Shown one piece after another: positions 57,292 to 64,000 of a DNA stretch of 64,000 nt. Within the stretch, counting starts at the first letter, position 1. The number at the start of each line of letters is the position of its first letter. A model generated the notes under the pieces. That model worked only from the letters and a program-made list of their open reading frames with translations, searched no databases and had not been told where the DNA came from. This stretch comes from Pirellulaceae bacterium (GTDB lineage Bacteria; Planctomycetota; Planctomycetia; Pirellulales; Pirellulaceae): NCBI GenBank assembly GCA_023382975.1, contig JAHDXO010000005.1:44876-108875 (forward strand), read 5' to 3'. Position numbers and translations under genes: made by a program.

Positions 57292-60528
<3,237 letters not shown>

Positions 60529-61080
60529 GCCGTCGGGCAGAGATTCATGGCCATTGCCGTTGGCTCGGGACGGAGGCGTTGCTCGACACATGCCCGGCCG
60601 AAGGCCAACCGTTTGCCTAGCCCAGCCCAACGGGCTGCGTAACAATGTCGTTCATACCGTGAGGGCCAGCGGCCCGGCCATTTGCGACAAAGAATGGGAT
60701 CGTCACACCATGTCACAATCGCACGCTCAAGTCTGGTTGCACATCGTTTTCTCGACCAAAGAACGACGCGGTTTTCTCCGGAAGGAATCATTCCGCGATC
60801 AGATGTTCCGAATGCAAGCCATGTAGGACAAAGTGGACGCGCACATTCGGAGTCAGGGCCAGCATCACGCGACAAGGTCATTCCAGGACGAGGAAAGCAC
60901 ACGATTAGCCATGGCTGGTTTTATCCAAAGAGTGGCATTGGTCAAGGAATCTGGGTGAAATTTGGGGAATTTTTGGGCCTACGAAACGAATACGGATCGG
61001 TTCGTGGATTTTCGTGGCATACTTTTAGGAATGGCCCGGATGGTGGATCGATTCGGGTTGGGAAAGGCTTGAGGAGTACC

Positions 61081-61734
61081 ATGCCAGCGGTCTGGGACTA
61101 TCTGGGGGTATGTTTTTCCGGCGCCAATTTGCCGGCGAGCGTGGTCTTGCTGGTCGCGATCATGTACTGGCTGTTGGCGATCGTCGCGGGTCTGGATCTG
61201 GACTTTCTGGATTTCGATCTGAACATGGATGGCCAAGCCGATCTGGGCGAGGTGACCGGGATGGGCGTGGTCATCTTGCGGTTCCTGAATATCGGGCTCG
61301 TACCGTTGGTGATTTGGGGCAGCATCCTGGCGATCAACTGGTGGATGGTCTCGATGTTGTTGGACCGGTTGCTGGACAACGTTTATCACGCCGAACAGCG
61401 TGAGGTGTGGTTCAACGCGGTCCAGTGGACGATCCGCAACTTGGCCATCGCCGTGGTGCTGACCAAGATTTTCACGCAGCCGCTGCGAGGCAAGTTCGAT
61501 GCGGAAGAGCCGAATACGGCAGCGGACTTGATCGGCCGGACCTGCCGGATCGTCAACAGCGAGGTGACCGAGCGGTTCGGCCAGGCGGAGTACGCGACGG
61601 AGGCGGCTCCTTTGATTCTGAATGTACGGACGCGCGGGACCGCCTTACTGAACAAGGGCGATACCGCCGTGATTGTCGACTTTGATCCCGAACGCAACAT
61701 CTTCTTCGTCGAGAAAGAGAAAACCGAGGTTTAA
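61081..61734 (+). CDS. YqiJ-family (DUF1449, NfeD-like) inner-membrane protein, the partner of flotillin.
   Basis: MPAVWDYLGVCFSGANLPASVVLLVAIMYWLL...DLDFLDFDLNMDGQADLGE has the YqiJ architecture: an N-terminal transmembrane segment, the motif ANLP, and an acidic D/F-rich segment. A GAGGAG RBS precedes the ATG confirmed at 61081. It lies immediately upstream of the flotillin gene. Confidence 0.6.
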   Translation: MPAVWDYLGVCFSGANLPASVVLLVAIMYWLLAIVAGLDLDFLDFDLNMDGQADLGEVTGMGVVILRFLNIGLVPLVIWGSILAINWWMVSMLLDRLLDNVYHAEQREVWFNAVQWTIRNLAIAVVLTKIFTQPLRGKFDAEEPNTAADLIGRTCRIVNSEVTERFGQAEYATEAAPLILNVRTRGTALLNKGDTAVIVDFDPERNIFFVEKEKTEV

Positions 61735-61736
61735 CG

Positions 61737-63818
61737 ATGCCGGAAGTCATCATCACGATCGTCGTCGGTCTGGGCTTGTTCTTCATGGCCCTGATTGCCA
61801 TAGCCTTTCTCTTCAACCAGTTCTATCGCAAGGTGGGGCCGGAAGAGGCGCTGGTCCGATCCGGATTGGGCGGACTGGCTGCCGTGACGGGCAAGGGGAT
61901 ACTGGTCTTTCCGGTGATCCATCGCGTCGACCGCATGGATCTGTCGGTCAAGCGGATCGAGATCCACCGCAAGGGCGGCCAGGGACTGATCTGCCGCGAC
62001 AACATGCGGGCCGACATCGAGGTGGCGTTCTTCGTCCGCGTGAATAACGCCCGCGAGACGATCCTGCAGGTCGCCCAATCGCTGGGTTGCCGCCGGGCCT
62101 CCGAGCGGGCCGCGCTGGTCGAACTGTTCGACGCCAAGTTCTCCGAAGCCTTGAAGACGGTCGGCAAGCGATTCGATTTCGTCGAATTGTACGAAGAGCG
62201 GGACAAGTTCAAGGAGGAGATCATCAAGGTGATCGGCACCGACTTGAACGGTTACGTTCTGGACGACTGCGCCATCGACTATCTGGAACAGACGTCGATG
62301 GAGATGATGGATCCGCAGAACATCCTGGATGCCGAGGGCATCAAGAAGATCGTCGACCTGACCGCGCGGGAACACATCCTGGCGAACGAGATCGCGCGGG
62401 AAAAAGAGAAGACGATCAAGAAGCAGGACGTGCTGGCCCGCGAAGCGATCCTCGAGTTGGAACGGCAGCAAATCGAGGCCGAGCAGAAGCAGAAACGCGA
62501 GGTCGCCGAAGTTACCGCGCGTCAAGAAGCCGAGGCGCGGATGGTCGAAGAACAGGAACGGCTGAAAGCCGAATCGGCTCGCATCCGCACCGACGAAGAA
62601 TTGATGGTCGCCGATCAGAACAAGGAACGGCAAGTCATCGTGGCCACGCGGAACAAGGAACGCACCGACGGGGTCGAGCGTGAACGGGTGGTCCGCGACC
62701 GCGACTTGGAGGCCACCGACCGCGAGCGCGTCGTCTCGCTGGCCCAGATCGAGAAGGACAAGGCGATCGAAGTCGAGAAGCGCAACATCCAGGAAGTCAT
62801 CCGCGAGCGGGTGGCGGTCGAACGGTCCGTGGTCGAGGAGCAGGAGCGGATCAAGGACACCGAGCAATTCGCGGGGGCCGACCGCCAGAAACGCGTGCAG
62901 GTCACCCGGGCGGAAATGGTGGCCCAGGAAGACTTGGTCAAGCAGGTGAAAGCGGCCGAAGCGTCCAAGCAGTCGGCGTCGCTGAAGGCCGAGCAGATCG
63001 TGATCGAGGCCGAGGCGGATCGGCAGGCGTCCGAGAAGCAGATGCAGGCCACGAAGATGTTGGCCGAGGCCAAGACGGCCGACGAAGCGGCGCTGGGACT
63101 GGCCGAAGCCAACGTGATGACTGCCAAGGCCGCCGCCAAGGAAAAGGACGGGACGGCGGACGCCGTGGTGCTGGAGCGGAAAGCCGTCGCCCAAGCCAAG
63201 GGCGTCGAAGCGATGGCGGAAGCCAAGGAAAAGGACGGCACGGCCGAAGCCAAGGTGATGCACCTGAAGTTCAGCAGCGAAGCTCAAGGCATCGAGGAGA
63301 AGGCCGCCGCCATGAAACTGTTCGACAGCGTCGGCAAGGAGCACGAGGAATTCAAGCTGCACTTGAACAAGCAGAAGGACATCGAACTGGCCGCCATCGC
63401 CGCGCAGCGCGAGATCGCCGAGGCCCAGGCCGGTATCGTCGGCGAAGCGCTGAAGAACGCCCGCATCGACATCGTGGGCGGCGAAACGACTTTCTTCGAC
63501 AAGATCGTCGACGCGGTCAAGAGCGGCAAGGCCGTCGATCGATGGGTCCAGAACAGCGAAACGCTGACCGACGTCAAGAACACGTTCTTCAACGGCAACC
63601 CGGACTACTTCCGGGACAAGCTGCAGCAGTTCTTCGGCCAGTTCAACCTGACGGCCAACGACGTCAAGGATCTGTCGGTTGCCGCTCTGATCGCCAAGAT
63701 GATGGGCATGACCGACAGCGACGAGGCCAAGAGCGAACTCGGCCGTTTGCTGGACATGGCCAAACGCGTCGGGTTGGCCGATAGCAAAGCCTCGTCGCTG
63801 ACACTGCAGGCCAAGTGA
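61737..63818 (+). CDS. Flotillin / SPFH (band-7) family protein (YqiK-like).
   Basis: It has an N-terminal transmembrane segment, an SPFH domain (ALVRSGLGG...ILVFPVIHRVDRMDLS), and a long coiled-coil E/A/K-rich C-terminus. An ATG is confirmed at 61737. Confidence 0.8.
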   Translation: MPEVIITIVVGLGLFFMALIAIAFLFNQFYRKVGPEEALVRSGLGGLAAVTGKGILVFPVIHRVDRMDLSVKRIEIHRKGGQGLICRDNMRADIEVAFFVRVNNARETILQVAQSLGCRRASERAALVELFDAKFSEALKTVGKRFDFVELYEERDKFKEEIIKVIGTDLNGYVLDDCAIDYLEQTSMEMMDPQNILDAEGIKKIVDLTAREHILANEIAREKEKTIKKQDVLAREAILELERQQIEAEQKQKREVAEVTARQEAEARMVEEQERLKAESARIRTDEELMVADQNKERQVIVATRNKERTDGVERERVVRDRDLEATDRERVVSLAQIEKDKAIEVEKRNIQEVIRERVAVERSVVEEQERIKDTEQFAGADRQKRVQVTRAEMVAQEDLVKQVKAAEASKQSASLKAEQIVIEAEADRQASEKQMQATKMLAEAKTADEAALGLAEANVMTAKAAAKEKDGTADAVVLERKAVAQAKGVEAMAEAKEKDGTAEAKVMHLKFSSEAQGIEEKAAAMKLFDSVGKEHEEFKLHLNKQKDIELAAIAAQREIAEAQAGIVGEALKNARIDIVGGETTFFDKIVDAVKSGKAVDRWVQNSETLTDVKNTFFNGNPDYFRDKLQQFFGQFNLTANDVKDLSVAALIAKMMGMTDSDEAKSELGRLLDMAKRVGLADSKASSLTLQAK

Positions 63819-63831
63819 GCGTGGGGATTCC

Positions 63832-63870
63832 CGTAGCCGAATTCGGGAGAATTCGGCTACGGGGAAGAGA
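63832..63870. repeat. Best-preserved copy of the GAATTC-N4-GAATTC palindrome. It is a perfect 12-bp inverted repeat with a 4-nt loop.
   Basis: cccGTAGCCGAATTC-ggga-GAATTCGGCTACggg. Confidence 0.8.
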
Positions 63871-64000
63871 ATTGGAGTTCTTGCGGTGTGTCCCTAGGGG
63901 GTCGGGGGTCGTTTTGGTACCCCCCGTTTTCAAATTGTTTTGGGTTTACCCAAAAAAAAAACCCCCCCCCGGGCCCGGGACAACCGAGTAGGGGTAGGGG

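Overview
This is a high-GC (roughly 65-70%), gene-dense 64-kb chromosomal segment with coding regions on both strands. The gene content looks Planctomycetota-like: sulfatase with a C-x-P-x-R motif, several Ser/Thr kinases, DsbD, Pro/Thr-rich membrane proteins, an Flp pilin, Tat and Sec signal peptides, and GAGG-type ribosome-binding sites. From left to right the window holds: (i) a Type I restriction-modification island (5'-truncated four-helix-bundle protein, hsdS, and an hsdR with an in-frame TAA plus a triple Cys-rich repeat insertion) ending at a bidirectional terminator next to tRNA-Val(CAC), with tRNA-Gln(UUG) about 1.5 kb further on; (ii) housekeeping genes (Gfo/Idh/MocA oxidoreductase, PEBP, PSP1/RicT-like, bioB, a PLP trans-sulfuration-family enzyme translationally coupled to a sulfatase, a kinase-like phosphotransferase, DsbD, DUF4058, pepF, rpmI-rplT-pheS-pheT without infC, ADP-forming acetate--CoA ligase, fumarase/aspartase, site-2 protease, transglutaminase-like, PPTase, Nramp, uppP, ilvD, a GH2 beta-galactosidase, and yqiJ-flotillin); (iii) accessory-looking clusters: two tandem Pro-rich membrane proteins with a TIGR01212 radical SAM gene, an FHA protein, an orphan Flp pilin, a four-gene GT4 / sulfotransferase / URO-D-like / TIM-barrel operon, and two Ser/Thr kinases flanking a PhyH dioxygenase and a secreted protein. 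Two dispersed intergenic repeat families are visible: a GAATTC-N4-GAATTC palindrome with at least 7 copies, and a 'CGTTGAACGGCAAGCCGAAGG' element that forms a nested-inverted-repeat, MITE-like structure after ilvD. The last ~60 bp are anomalous homopolymer runs, probably a contig-end artefact. Several coordinates derived from the printed sequence may be off by 1-2 nt; coordinates taken from the ORF track were used where possible.
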